A DNA stretch of 64,000 nt from Octopus bimaculoides (taxonomy: Eukaryota), in assembly GCF_001194135.2 (NCBI RefSeq), contig NC_068998.1, forward strand, positions 46,865,925 to 46,929,924, in the 5' to 3' direction. Made by a program: the position numbers and the translations under genes. Positions 63,784 through 64,000 of the stretch are shown here, piece after piece (position 1 is the first letter of the stretch; each line of letters starts with the position of its first letter). The notes below the pieces were generated by a model that was given only the letters and a program-made list of their open reading frames with translations, made no database searches and had not been told where the DNA came from.

Positions 63784-63946
63784 CAGATCAGACGATTTCA
63801 CAACGTAAACTACGGATCCTGAGATAGCTCGCTCGCAAACGTAGCTACCGCATAGATATTTCTTCCATTTTAAACTCCAACAGTATTCTTTATTTTCTTT
63901 TTTCTTCCTTTCTTTCTTCCTCTGTTTCTTCTTTCTCCTCCCACTG

Positions 63947-63948
<2 letters not shown>

Positions 63949-64000
<52 letters not shown>
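63949..64000. repeat. (CT)n microsatellite
   Basis: Perfect dinucleotide run to the window end. Confidence 0.95.

Overview
This is AT-rich eukaryotic genomic DNA from a gapped scaffold (about 21 N-runs, most abutting microsatellites). Its SINE families match what I recall of Octopus (coleoid cephalopod) repeats. The window is mostly non-coding: dense compound microsatellites, about 35 SINE or retroposon copies from at least five families, fossil LINE fragments (RTE, CR1-like), a decayed 1.1 kb Penelope-like element (RT plus GIY-YIG) and a mariner MITE. Nearly all ORFs in the supplied track are microsatellite or N-gap artefacts. No protein-coding gene is securely identified; a chain of short, phase-compatible plus-strand exon candidates weakly resembles a polycystin REJ domain. 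The most notable structures are: (1) a 400 bp cassette at 49595-49995 with a 28 bp hairpin, a hammerhead ribozyme with an intact catalytic core, and a second Penelope-type minimal hammerhead (retrozyme-like; a sister copy is at 34.8 kb); (2) a TA-flanked pair of perfect 104 bp inverted repeats at 14501-16795 with an asymmetric 14 bp minisatellite (foldback-like); (3) a 77 nt pre-miRNA or MITE-like hairpin at 25860-25936.
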